A stretch of DNA of 64,000 bases from Dicyema japonicum (taxonomy: Eukaryota; Animalia; Dicyemida): positions 40,184 through 104,183 of the forward strand of contig RDEW01000069.1 in assembly GCA_011109175.1 (NCBI GenBank), in the 5' to 3' direction. The notes beneath the pieces are model-generated. The model was not told the DNA's origin. It made no database searches and saw only the letters and a list, made by a program, of their open reading frames with translations. Both the position numbers and the translations under genes were made by a program. Position 1 is the stretch's first letter; every line of letters begins with the position of its first letter. Below are positions 26,046-39,385 of this stretch, piece after piece.

Positions 26046-28510
26046 AAGTTTTTAAATAGTTCTCATTTAGTTTTTCAAAGGTTTATCATGTTTACTTGGA
26101 AAATGCTGCAATGGTATTGATGGCTTCATTTGACAAAGTAACATTTAACATTAGACAATACAGCTTTGTTTCACCAATGGGAATAAACCAAATGCTGTGG
26201 TAATTTCGGACTGAACTCACGAATAAATTCAAATCACGCTTTTTAATAATTTATTTAATTAACAAAAACACAAAAATCATTCAAAAATGATCCATACCAA
26301 CATAATCGATGTTGCGTTGACTCTCATGATTACAACGGAAATCAACAGGAGAATCCACTGACTCGTGCGTTGTGGCTTTATTGTGTAGCTAGGCGTCCCA
26401 GTTTATTTATGATACGAAGCGATTTCCCGCTGATTCCTTCTGTTGTCTCAACTACGATGAGGCAGAACGTGAACCGATCGTGCAATAACAAATTAGCCTT
26501 AATTCATTCAAAATAAAATAGTAAAATTAGCAAAAATTAAAATTTACTTAAAAATAAAAAAAAGATTATTTACCACAATTACTAATAAAATATAATACAT
26601 ATTTTAATTTATGCCATACTTTATTAGTAATTTTTAACAAACGGAATTAATGATATCAACTGCCTATTGGTAGTTAAGTGGCATGTACGATAGTTGATTG
26701 GTAAAATACGAATAAATTTCAATGCAAGAAAGAACAATTTAAAATAATCAAATACTGCAAACGAGCCATCAGTAAAAATGGAGGTTATTGAAACCCGAAA
26801 AAGATTATTGGACGAATAAGGATAATGTGATTATTTTTATTAATAGTTTATTGAATCGGCTAAAAATACATACATTCTAAAGGAGTTAATAAGTGAGGGA
26901 TCATTCTCTAAAGTGTACTGTCCAATTGATGAAAACAATGATGGAGAAGTTGCTATCAAAATTATTTAGACAAAAAGTAAAGTAAATATCTGGAACGAGG
27001 TAACAACCGTCAATCATTTTTAGTACAAAAATTTGATGAAACATAACAAAGGGGAAATTTTTTATATGTTCACAAAAAGATGTATTTTTATACAAATCCG
27101 TTTTCACATAGTAACCGAAATACTTTCCATTAATTTGGAACAATTTATTCAAAATTGGTTTAGCTAACTAAAATATTTTTGCGGTTTTACGTCGCAACGA
27201 CGTATTAACGGCAATATCGATTTGGACTGATCGTTCTCAACCTGCAATCGTAGTCAACTGGTCACAATAATTTTTAAAACATTTTTAATTAAATTATTAT
27301 TATTTATTTTTATTGAAAATTAAGAAACTTAATAATCAGCTAAATGTATCTGGTGTGGAAAATTATGTTCGCCTTTTTTATCGCACGTCGTATCGTCGCG
27401 GACATCACTTCATTCTTAAGCATAAGAGTTTTCATAATAGAAATCTAGTTGGTTAGGGAGAAGGTATGAAGATCCTATAAACTGTTATCGTAACTGTCTC
27501 TGTAACCATTCATATTTGCAATTTCTAAGTAAATTCTCCAACAATTGAATTGAAAGACTTTTCTAATTAGTAGCTTAAGGTGGCATTTAACTTTTCCATA
27601 ATAGCTAGCTGACTTAACCTCATTCCTTTATGGAGAAAATACCTAATGGTTTGCTTAATAGTGACTACGGGACGAACGTTAAATACTGTCCCAACCTTTT
27701 CACAGAGTCCTTGTATCTATAATTCACTTTGTGAGATTGAATTTTATTACCATTCATATGCTGGAAATTACCTAATTTCTCCTGAATATCTATTTGAAGC
27801 AAAAATTTTATCTTAAATTAATTTTAAAGGAAAAAGCCTGAAAGTAACTAGTTCGAATCCATATACATTTCGGTTAAAGGTTCCATCTCAATGTTTTGGC
27901 TTGACTAGTGACGCCAAATATCGATTAGTTTTGATAACTGTTCTTTGCTTAAAAAAAGATCATTAGTCAACAACCATCTAGAAGAATTCCCCCTGGACGG
28001 CACTTTTTTCAAGTCCGAGTACGCGATGACTGCTGAGGGAGGGCGGGATCACCTGTAAATTTTTTATTCTAGCTATGACGGCGATATCTGGTTCAATAAA
28101 TTTATTTAAATTTAAATCAATGCTTACATTTTGTTGAAAATTTGATTTTTAAGAGCCATAGTTACACGAGTTACGTTTTCTTAACAGAGTGGTGTCTTCA
28201 TTAATATGGCCATCTTCACAGAATATGTGGACTTAGTAAAGAAAAGACCATTTTTTACGAAAGTGAAGTTTTCTATTAATCCCTCCTTCGTTTTTGAGTA
28301 GTATGCATTAGGGAACCATAGAGTGGAGGTTGAAATTGATTTTTTCTATGATAAGTCATTGTCCGTTTCTTGTGACTTACCTAGAATGCCAATCACAACT
28401 ACCGACCAACACATACCAGTTCTACAGGTTGATTGGAAAAATATGATATATAATAAATAATAAAATTAAAAATAATTTAATAAAATTTAAATAATTAATA
28501 AATATTGCTC

Positions 28511-29241
28511 ATGTCTGATGATAGTTTTGGTGGTCCTCAATTCGCGGTCGCACGTGACCAAACTATTGGTGTCAAACGGCAGTCCGCACCTGAAAATGGT
28601 CAGAACCCCTCTAAAAAGGGTGTCTCTTGTGAATATGTAAATTATTTCCATTTATCTTCCAGAATCTAGAATCCCTTCGTCGCAATATGGAATATATGAA
28701 CGCCGAGACTGAACGCTTGAAAAAGCTCAACGCCCTCATTAGCGCCTCCACTGATGATGTAGTTCCAGATGAATCTGTGAAAGAATACCCAGAATCTAGT
28801 CCATGTAAAGAAATATTTTATTTCTAGTAAAACTAGACCTTAACCAAGTCGAGCTTCCATTCGACGCCCAGGAAGTCGATAAGAATTCAATTTACATAGG
28901 TAACGTCGACTACAGCTCAACGGCTGAGGAGGTTGAAGACCACTTCAAGAACTGTGGAAAAATTAACCGAGTGACCATAATGGTTGACTCCAGAGGTCGT
29001 CCTAAGGGGTAATTTGCTTATTTACAGTAGGTACGCGTACATGCAGTTTGAGGACGAGATGGCATTACAAAATGCCCTGGAATATAATGAGACCGAGTTT
29101 AAGGGAAGAACCATTAAGGTGACCATAAAAAGAAAGAATCAGCCATTCCACGTGAGAAGGGGGTCGTTTCCTGTTAGACGGGGATTTTCAACGTTCAGGC
29201 GGTTTCCTAGATATAGGGGAAGACGAGGGTGGTTCTATTGA
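28511..29241 (+). CDS. PABPN1: Nuclear poly(A)-binding protein 1, 4 exons
   Basis: Coiled coil LESLRRNMEYMNAETERLKKL; RRM SIYIGNVDYSSTAEEVEDHF..CG.INRVTI..GRPKGYAYMQF..KVTIKRKN; Arg/Gly-rich tail. Introns 28637-28662, 28805-28827 and 29009-29030. Confidence 0.92.
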
Positions 29242-29994
29242 TTTTTAAATTGTTCTTTCCTTATTGTTTTGTTTTTTGATTTGTTGATTTATGGAGATGT
29301 ATTAGGATTTGTTTATTGGTGGAGTTTCTTTGGTATTCCGGTAGATTGTAGGTTATTGTGTTTGTACTATTAGAAATAATTTGGCCGAATGATCACTATG
29401 GTTATATTCTTGATGCTACTTCTGAATCGCATTATATTCCCTAATGAATGGTTATAAACACAATGTCACTTATTTATTAAAAACCCGAATATACCAGAAA
29501 AGTGATAGATTGAATGATTGTTAATTTCTGACTGATACACATTTGAGGATGATAAAAGTGATTATGAAACTAAATTATTTAAGTGAAATATATGGGAATG
29601 TTCTTGGTTAATGAGAGAAATATGTGAGGATAATTTGATAAGCTTTAATTATATATTTTTATTATTAATGTTAGTTTGTGGATTAGTCATTTGGTAGATT
29701 TTGATCACATTGTTGGGAGATTTGTTATTAAGAACTAATTATACCAGGATATACTGTATTTATAGATGTACCATTGGATTGCTATGAAGATTGAGGGACT
29801 TTAGGATACACGTTTCAATGCCCAGTCGATACGAAAAGTTGACAATAATAAACTAAACAATATTTTGACTATTATTTGGGTGTCTAATGAATAGGTAAAG
29901 ATATGAATCCTCACATTACGAAAATGAATAGAATTAAGATATCCTAAAATATTGACAATTTTTATATTATTTCACCTTCTTTCTTAATACTATT

Positions 29995-30958
29995 AAGATG
30001 GGTTTTCAAAACGAATTAATTTAATTTGCGCGTGTATAAATGGAGTCTTGTGACACTGCATATCTTAAATTATGATCGTATCGAGAAAGTTATACTGCCT
30101 TTGGTTTCACATGGATTGCCCTCTACCACTTTGTGTTGTTTGCTGTGAAAAACTTGTGAATAGTGCTATGGCTCCAACGAAACTTAGACGTAATGTCTCC
30201 ACCAAAGACCCTGAACTTTCAAAGAAAAAAAAAGAATATTTTATGGGGAAATTGGACCAGAATAAAGTTCATCATGTTTTACAAAAAATTCAAAATAAAC
30301 GAAAAAGCAATGCATGCTAGTTTGCTGTTGCTGAGATTGCCGCAAAAAAATATGAAATCGCATACTCTCGCCGAAACTGTTATTTTTCCTGAATGCAAAG
30401 AAGTAGTGAAGATAATATTCTGAGAAATCGCTGCCGCTAAGCGCAACTTAATTCCTATTTCTAACAATTCTGTGGGCAGACGCATCAAGGATATAGAAAT
30501 CCTTTTGCTGAGTACGAAATAACTGGAGAAGAGCTATCATTAAAAGAGGAAGAAGAACTTGCGTTTGTTTCAAGTGACAGAACGTTAAAAGTGGAATATT
30601 ACATTGATTCGTTTTGGCTGATTGTTAACAAAGAATATTTTATTCTGGCAAACAAAGATTTAAGAGTTTTTGTTCAGTTTTCAACGACTTATCTCCGTGA
30701 AAGTGGATTTTCTGCATTAACAAATATAAATCATAAAAAACGCGCGAACCTAGTATATGTGGAAAATGACCTATGTTTATCCCTGTCAATGCCTAATATT
30801 ACAGAACTATGCAAAAGACGTCAATCATCTACTAACTAGCATTTTATTTTTGTTATATTATTAAAATACTTATAATTGTTGGAAACTATATAAGGGTTCC
30901 ACGTAAAATGAAAACTGTCGATAGGGTTCCGTGCTCTCAAAAAGGTTGGGAACTACTG
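29995..30958 (+). mobile_element. hAT (Buster/ZBED8-type) DNA transposon, internally deleted
   Basis: PLCVVCCEKL..AMAPTKLRR..TK.PEL..K.KEYF, HTLAE, ISNNSVGRRIKD, dimerisation motif FSTTYLRESGFS; right TIR AGGTTGGGAACTACTG ends at 30958; left TIR degenerate. Confidence 0.85.
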
Positions 30959-31459
30959 TTAATAGTTCTGATGTAATCTGTATTGCGTAACAAGAGGGGT
31001 AATCTCTGCCAGAGAAATCCTTTGGAACAACCATTCGGTTTCCCCCAATACTAAAGAGTTTTGAAAATTAATTCAGTTATATTCCCTCAGCCGATTAATC
31101 AAATTTGAAGTTTAATATATAACACCTGAATATATATTGATTTAATTTTCAAAGTTTAATTTATATATTGTGTTGCCACATGATCTCTGCGTTAAAAAAG
31201 AATGTCCTCAGCTAGCTAAATGCTCTTGGATCCACAAGAGCGAGGTAGATAGCGGATGAGAATAAGTTAATCATATTTGGGGAGTTTTTAAGCTATCTGA
31301 GAAGGATTTAGTGGAGAGGAATTTTGGAATGTTGACAATAATTAGCAATGTTTGTCGTTTGAGGGGTGCTTCAATAGGCATATATCTGAAATTAGATTCG
31401 ATTTGTCTGTTGGCGAGTTTCTTGATTCTGAATAATATGTACTGAAAAATATATATTGC

Positions 31460-34418
31460 AGGGAAGATCATATCCGACATGGACGAGACTCTTGGAAGAA
31501 TCGCCAGAAAGTACATTTGGTTATCCGTATCTAGGATGGTTTTTAAGGTATTTGTTCATAGCTTCACAAGGAAGACTGTTAGGCAGAGAGGCTCCCCTCA
31601 CCATCTTTTCTTTCAATAAAAACTTTCTTCTAGAGGGGCAGACAAAAAGTTTCATCCAATTATTCTTTTGGCGGATAGATAGTAGAGAGCCATATCTTCA
31701 GGATAGAAAGGATAAACGTTTCAAATATCTTTTTCGATATAACACAGTAAGATCCGACCGCCAATCTGGCCAAGGAGGGGGTCTACTGACTCTTGTGAGA
31801 AAAGGAATAAAATACCTCGAGAACCCTTCTCTTTACAAGAGCTTAATGGAAAACTCGAACACGGAGATAATTGGAATCTCTGTTATAACTTCCATTGGAA
31901 AAATTGAAATTGCGAATGTTTATGTTCCTCCTCCTGGCTCCTGCAAGAAAAATTTCTCCTTTGACCTATCTACCTTGGACAAACTGGAGAACTTACTTTT
32001 ATGTGGAGACCTGAATGCGAAGCACCTTTCTTGGTTCCGCTACCAGTCCGCTGATAACAGAGGAAACCTGCTATTATCCCAAATGCAAAACTTAATAATC
32101 ATCAACAACCCGAAAAAGAACACTAGGACACCATACAACACGAAGGACATGGTGACATCTCCGGACTTATCGTCTGCTCACCTCGTCTTTCCACGATCAT
32201 TAATTGGACGGTCCGTTAAGACCTCCGGAGCGACCACCATTAAATGTTAATGAAGCTGAACTGCGAGCCAGGCTTTGTACCGAAGCCTATTCATTTCTAT
32301 GATTACAAAAATGCAAATTGGACTGGCTTTACAAATTTCGTTGATTCAAAACTGCAACATTTCCAACCTGAAAATTTCTCCTCCATAGACAAAGCTGTAT
32401 ACTATTTCAACAAAACAATCATTGACGGGAGAAATATTTTTATCAGAAAAGCATATATAAAAAACGAAAAATTGAAATACGACTCAAAAACAAAGAAAAT
32501 AATTATGGAAAGAAACAACCTTAAGAGAATGATACATCGTTCACGAGAGGTCATTAATCGAATCAGGTCACTAAACATTCTTATCACGAAAAGCACAAAC
32601 AACACCCAAAGGAAGAAATTCATGCGAATCTCTGCTGCCATGAATAATCAGACCTCAATTTCCAACATGTGGAAGATGTTGAGACGTCTGAAGAACCCAG
32701 AATACGAAGATAACAAAGAACAATGCTCAATCTGAATAAATATATGAAACATTGTATTCGAATCAGTCACATTCCTTATAAAAAGATTAACACACAAACG
32801 AAAATAAAGAGAAAGCCATCCAAATTTGCCACGCTGATTTATTTTCTTCCTAAAGATGTATCCAAAGAAATATCAAATCAGAAAAAAACAAACTCATGTG
32901 GTTCAGACGGAATTCCTCTTATTCTGCTGAAACACTTGGGCTCAGCATCAATAAATGCATTAACAAACATCTACAACACATCGCTGAACATAAATACCAT
33001 ACCGACTTTATGCAAAAATTCGACCAATATTGAAGCCGGAAAGACCGAAGAACGATCCCGGCTCTTACAGACCAGTTTCCCTTATATGTGTTTTGTCGAG
33101 GATCCTGGAGAAACTTGTCCTAAAAGTTATCCACCCTTCTCTCCCACAACCTACATTCCAACATGGCTTCAAGGAAGGATTATCACAACCTCCTTCCTAA
33201 CAACATTAATGAAGTTCATAACTGAAGGACATAAGAACAAGCCAAAACAGGAAAAATCGGTCATATGTACGATCGACATTCAAAAAGCTTTCGACTCTGT
33301 CCCAAGAAAGATCCTCATACGAAAAATATTTTTGACAAAAATTGATGCACCATTAAAGTTATGGTTAGCAAATTTCGTAAGTGGACNNNNNNNNNNNNNN
33401 NNNNNNNNNAAAAATCGGTCATATGTACGATCGACATTCAAAAAGCTTTCGACTCTGTCCCAAGAAAGATCCTCATACGAAAAATATTTTTGACAAAAAT
33501 TGATGCACCATTAAAGTTATGGTTAGCAAATTTCGTAAGTGGACGCCGAGGGAAAGTGTCCGTCGGAAACAAGAGTTCCAGATCAGGATTATTACCCAAT
33601 GGTGTACCCCAAGGATCTCCTCTGTCACAAATCCTTTTTAATTTGTTTTTGAGTGATCTCCCCGTACCTATGAATAATAATGACATGCTAATTTCTTATG
33701 CCGATGACATAGTTGTCGCATCTAGGGACGTAAATGTCGAACATGCTAAAGAAAGACTACAAGGAATACTAAATAACATATTTGGATGGTTGTGCGAAAA
33801 TCGATTAAATGCATGTTCCGAAAAGTCAGCAGTCACTCTATTTACTAAGAATAGAAAGATGGGAACGCAAACAATTGATGTCACGTTAAATGGAGTACCT
33901 ATACCACAAAAGAAATCGCAGAAGATACTGGGAGTAACTTTTGATACTTTCCTCTGCTTCTCAGCCCATGTGGAATCTATCATATCAACCTGTGCAAAGA
34001 AGATCAATTTTGTAAAGGCCTTCCTTTGGAACTGTGGAGGAATTTATCCGCCAGGTATCGGGACCCTCTACAAGCAGTATGTCGAGCCAACAATAGGCTA
34101 TGCATGTGCTGCATGGGGATCTAACCTGTCGGCAACGAACCTAACAAAAATTCAAGAGATCCAGTCAAGAGCAAAAAAATTACTAGAAAAATATACAGAT
34201 AAAGAAATTGCCCCCAGAGCACTCGAGTCTATCATAGAGCCAACTGGAGGCAATTTCAGAAGAGGAAAGGAAAAAGACCCCTGTCCGTATAGGAAATGCG
34301 TGGGATCACGGTCGGAGCATCGCGAAAAAATGGCCCGATTATTGAGAGATGCCGGGATCACCTGAATATTAGTTATTGGTTAAGATGGTGTTTCTTTGGC
34401 TTAAATAATAATAATAAT
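31460..34418 (+). mobile_element. Near full-length I/Jockey-group-like LINE (APE + RT), frameshifted
   Basis: RSDRQSGQGGGL, LCGDLNAKH, TSPDLS, GSDGIP, IDIQKAFD, GVPQGSPLS, SYADD, KILGVTFD, C-terminus DAGIT*, (TAA)n tail at about 34402-34417. Confidence 0.93.
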
Positions 34419-34499
34419 GGAAATGGGTTTCGTGTTCAGAAGAACCTTCCAAAAGGACTGGGATGAAATCCTTTGTGAAAAAAGCTAAATGAACTTGGA

Positions 34500-35355
34500 A
34501 AGACCGCGGATACCCATAGTCGCACATGTCTAAATGCAGCATTTGCTGAGAATTCTGGGTCCTGGCTCAATGCCCTCCCTGTACTGACAGTTGGCACTCT
34601 GCTTGACTGGAATACAATCTGTATTGGAGTTGCTCTTCGGCTAGGGTTGATGTCTGCTCTGGATATCGATGCCGATGTGGTGAGATGGTTGACAGGAAAG
34701 GACTACACCCGCTGTTATGCAGATAGAGCTCCATGAGATTAACATGTTAAACACGATTGTCATGAGAGCTATCGAAAACAACCGGTTTACTTGAATCCAA
34801 AACCTGTCGGTATTAACTGAGGTGATTGCAAAAGGCCGGATGGCGCAACGACCATGATATGAAATCAAGGGAGGTATCCTTCCTGGGATNAGTCCTGGCT
34901 CAATGCCCTCCCTGTACTGGCAGTTGGTACTCTGCTTAACGGAAATACAATCTGTATTGGAGTTGCTCTTCTACTAGGGTTGATATCTGCTCTGGATATC
35001 GATGCCGATGTGGTGAGATGGTTGACAGGAAGGGACTACACCCGCTGTTATGCAGATAGAGCTCCATGAGATTAACATGTTAAACACGATTGTCATGAGA
35101 GCTATCGAAAACAACTGGTTTACTTGAATCCAAAACCTGTCGGTATTAACTGAGGTGATTGCAAAAGGCCGGATGGCGCAACGACCATGATATGAAATCA
35201 AGGGAGGTGTCCTTCCTGGGATTCAACATGCATGGACAATTTCTCAATTGAGAATTTGCTCAAGTCATCATTGCGCGCGGGCTCCGCAGCGAGCACTGCT
35301 GAAGACTTGAAATGGATGAAGTACCGTGGCATTGGTGACCGGTTCGCTTTCAAGC
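34500..35355 (+). mobile_element. CRE-like RLE element 3' half (about 330 nt duplicated around the n at 34890)
   Basis: SGSWLNALP, CRCG..VDRKGLHPL, KRPDG, SWD.TC.DNF, AGSAASTAEDLK..KY. Confidence 0.85.
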
Positions 35356-35356
35356 A

Positions 35357-35810
35357 GATCTCCGTTGAGAGATCATTTACCCAAACGATCTTAGAAAAGA
35401 GACCGTCTTGGGCCCGAAGACAACACTCGTCTCGACAACAATGGGCTGAACGTGGAATCTTGTAGAGCAGCTGTCGTATTCTTTTATTTTGAAATTCTCG
35501 AAAGTCCAAGCAATCTCCCCAACTTTCAACGCGGAACCAGCAAGTCTCGACTGTGACAAAGTGTCGGTACAAGAAAGCGCTTCACAACTCCGTTGATGGC
35601 TGCATGCATAGGGAACCGGCCTCTGCTCTGGCGGCATGAGAGCGGGTGAAGACCTTTGCAGTCCACAATGGCATGGATAAGTCTGGCACAGGTCAATTTT
35701 AGATGGATAAAAATTCGACTCCGGAGGATGTCCTGATCAAAAAAGGAACCAATTGACGATGATAAGAACGTGTTCAGTCAATCATCGCCGTGAAAGGAAG
35801 AGGCTGCCAG
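35357..35810 (-). mobile_element. CRE-like RLE element 3' fragment, tail-to-tail with the preceding copy
   Basis: [46 protein letters not shown]. Confidence 0.8.
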
Positions 35811-36219
35811 AATGTAAGCCCTATGGTGCAAGACTTATGTTAATAAATTGTTTTCATTACAAAAGTTTATAAAGTCAACAAAAATAATAATCAAACCTAT
35901 CCTTAATATAGATAACCAAATTGTCAATCTAACTATTCTGAATAGTAAGGAATCAATAAGTACAATGAATGGCTTATGACAATTTTACTTAGCAAAGACG
36001 TGTTTCTTGCAGGAATTTTAACGGCTGTCTTCTATAATTACACATAAAACATATTTCGTTCATGAAATGATGCCGCTATTCCTTTTGAACGTGAATCCAC
36101 AAGATTATGAACATTTTGAATAAATTATTAAAGATATTAAAGCTTATTTGAAATCATATTTAATTAAATAATTTATTATAACACAAAAACTAACAGTTAG
36201 CAACTGATGGATTTGACTA

Positions 36220-38675
36220 TCCTCAATGACCCGGACCCCGACCCGCAGAAGGGACAGTCCAACATCCCCAGACTTATCTCTCTGCTCTCCTTCTATGGCT
36301 GGATGTATTTCATGGAATGTTCGTTATGGTTTCTCAAGCTACCATAACCCCATTGTGTTGAGACTTAGAAGGCCTATTTGTTCACTGTGTTGTTCTACAA
36401 AGTTCAAAAATTATTTGAAGGTTGAATGGCAAGGTTTCAGGGCGTATGTGGACAATAGTCTCTTGATCTTACTATGGAAAATTGTACAGTAGAGAAGACG
36501 GCCAAGATTTTGTCTGCTATCATTTTAAAGCTGATAAATTATTTATATCTGTCGCCTCTTACAAGAAGTTCAATCCAAGATTATCATCACAAATTGTGTC
36601 ACTCATCAAGAAACTAGATGCACTACCAATAATAAGAGAAACAGGACGCAGTCCAATAACTCCTTTTATTCTATACGTTCACTAGATACCAAATTATCTG
36701 AACTTATCCGAATTAACAACAGACTCAAATGGAGCCGTTTAGTTGGACGAATATGTCACGAAAACTCTTGTGCCACATTTTGGAAAACGCTATCAATGCT
36801 TCGGAACCCACTCGCAAATTTGCAAACAAGATTATGAAGTAATACTTATCGATCAGCAATAAAGTTTTTTCTCGCTCTCCACATGTTGAACGGTGGAGGC
36901 CGAAACAAGAACCGTATTCCACCTTCTTCACTCCAGGCTATTAAATTGCTACGTCTCACTCGTGCTTGTGGTCCCGACGGTATTTGAACTATTTACCTCA
37001 AACACCTCGGACCTCAGGCACGGACCATACTATCAAGACTGTAAAACGACTCTATCAACTATTATACGTTACCTAATATATGGAAGAATTCCCGGATTAC
37101 GCCAATTCTAAAGCCTAGAAAACCAAAAGACTCTTACCTCCCCATCTCAATAACTTGTGTTTTATCTTTCCTGTTCTACAACTACCAGATTTTCTACATG
37201 GTTTCAGGGCATACCGTTATACAAAGAGTCATTTGAATTCTATCTCCCAGTTTATTACTGACGGCTTCAACATGATAACACACTTACGGACGGTATCAAT
37301 CGATATACAGAAAGCCTTTGATTCTGTTCCGAAGAAGCTCCTAACGCAAAAGATTTTTAATTCGAACTTACATCCGAACATCAAGCTATGGTTGAAAAAT
37401 TTCTTAACTGTGCGACGCGAAAGGGTCCGGATTGACAAAACCACTTCAAAATCGAGACTACTTTCCAATGAGGTCCCGCAAGGCTCCCCTTTATCTCCTT
37501 TTCAACCTATTTCTACATGACCTACTACCAATGACTAGGACACTGTTTTTATCCTATGCGGATGACCTAATTATCGCTGAAAGAGATAAATCTCCTTCCG
37601 TGGCTGTAGTAATTTTTCAGTCACATCTTAACCAGATATGTGACTGGCTATCTGCAAATATGTTATGTGTGTCAGCATCTAAATCCCAGTTCACCATTTT
37701 CACTACTGATAAAAAATACAAGGATGGACTCGAACTGTTTTTTGGAGATACTTCTATCTCATCTACGCGGACCCTAAAGATCCTTGGGGTAGTTTTCGAC
37801 TCTCTGATGACGTTCTCGAATCACGTGGAGAAGGTGCTTGCCAAGGGTCTTCGGAAATGGAACAATTTAAAAGAGATCATAAAAAAGAACCCCTTTCCCC
37901 CTGTTGCNGACCTAATTATCGCTGAAAGAGATAAATCTCCTTCCGTGGCTGTAGTAATTTTTCAGTCACACCTTAACCAGATATGTGACTGGCTATCTGC
38001 AAATATGTTATGTGTGTCAGCATCTAAATCCCAGTTCACCATTTTCACTACTGATAAAAGATTTAAGGATGGACTCGAACTGTTTTTTGGAGATACTTCT
38101 ATCTCATCTACGCGGACCCTAAAGATCCTTGGGGTAGTTTTCGACTCTCTGATGACGTTCTCGAATCACGTGGAGGAGGTGCTTGCCAAGGGTCTTCGGA
38201 AATGGAACAATTTAAAAGAGATCATAAAAAAGAACCCCTTTCCCCCTGTTGCTTGCGTCAACACGTCATTGTTCCTACTATTAAATATGTCTGCTCCACC
38301 TAAAGATTCCCTCTTCGAGAATTGATCGTTTGAACTCTCTCAGGAAAAAAGTTATCCACCACACTGACATCTTTATTGGCGTCCTCGTTTCTGTGAGGCG
38401 ATGTTGAAGAATGGCCAGGTTTTCCTACGTTTTTGCAAAAAACTGGGAAACCTATCCAAGGAAAAGGTGGCCCATGCAGAGGAATTTCGGTCGGTTATAA
38501 AAAAAGTGCACGCCGATTGAATTCCTATGCAAAAGGAAGAGAAGGCGCTACCAAAATGCGGTTGGGTCATCAGAAGACCAGGCAAAGAGAGTTCGGATGT
38601 TGTTGGAGGCTGGGATCACCCGATTTGTTAGTTTTGACCTATCTTTTTTGGTGGTCTTGGAGTTAAATAAATAAA
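36220..38675 (+). mobile_element. I/Jockey-group-like LINE, decayed (about 345 nt duplicated around the n at 37908)
   Basis: TSPDLSLCS, CGPDGI, HGFRA, IDIQKAFD, VPQGSPLSP, SYADD, KILGVVFD, EAGIT, TGGTGGTCTTGGAGTTAAATAAATAAA tail. Confidence 0.88.
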
Positions 38676-38689
38676 AACTGATGGCTGCT

Positions 38690-39385
38690 CTTATAATTGA
38701 AAACACATTTCCTCTTACGATTCTGCATCGACGAAATAGAGTGGAGCCTGGTTAAGAGCATTACTATGTACTTTACTTGAGACACTATTGGATGACGACG
38801 CGACGAGGATTGGGGCTTCCGTCCGCCTCCGATTGGATGTTCGCACGATCCATCGGTGTAGATGTAGCAGAATGGTCGACGCGAAAGGTCTTCACGCTCT
38901 CTCCTGCCGGAGGAGTGCTGGAAGGAGTCCTAGACACGCCTCAATCAATGGAGTCATTGCTTGGGGACTTGAGGCTACCGGATATCCTGTCCAACTGAAG
39001 CTGCTTGGAATTGCTCAAGCCAACCGAAGACCGGATGGAACCACTCTCTTCCTATTGGAGAGTGGTAAATATTTTGCCTGGGACGCCGCCTGTGTCGATA
39101 CCCTCTCTCCCTCCAATTTCTCAACGACAGCAACTGACCTAGGCTCAGCTTCGGAGAAGGCTGAGACCCTAAATAAAAAAAATACGCATGTCTTGGAAGA
39201 CAATTCATCTTCGAACCAGTGACAGTCGAAACGACAGGAATAATTGGAAGCAGGTCACTGACCTTTCTAAACATAATCGGCTCGCTTCATCGCGAAGAAG
39301 AAAAACGATAAAAGAGAAAGGAGCTGGCTCATTAAGCGCATTTCCTTGCAAATCGTAAGGGGAAATGCGTTTTCAATTATGAGAA
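38690..39385 (+). mobile_element. CRE-like RLE element 3' half
   Basis: [62 protein letters not shown]. Confidence 0.87.

Noticed and set aside
27851-27860. GTTCGAATCC, a tRNA B-box-like 10-mer
   Set aside because: No A box, acceptor stem or cloverleaf around it.
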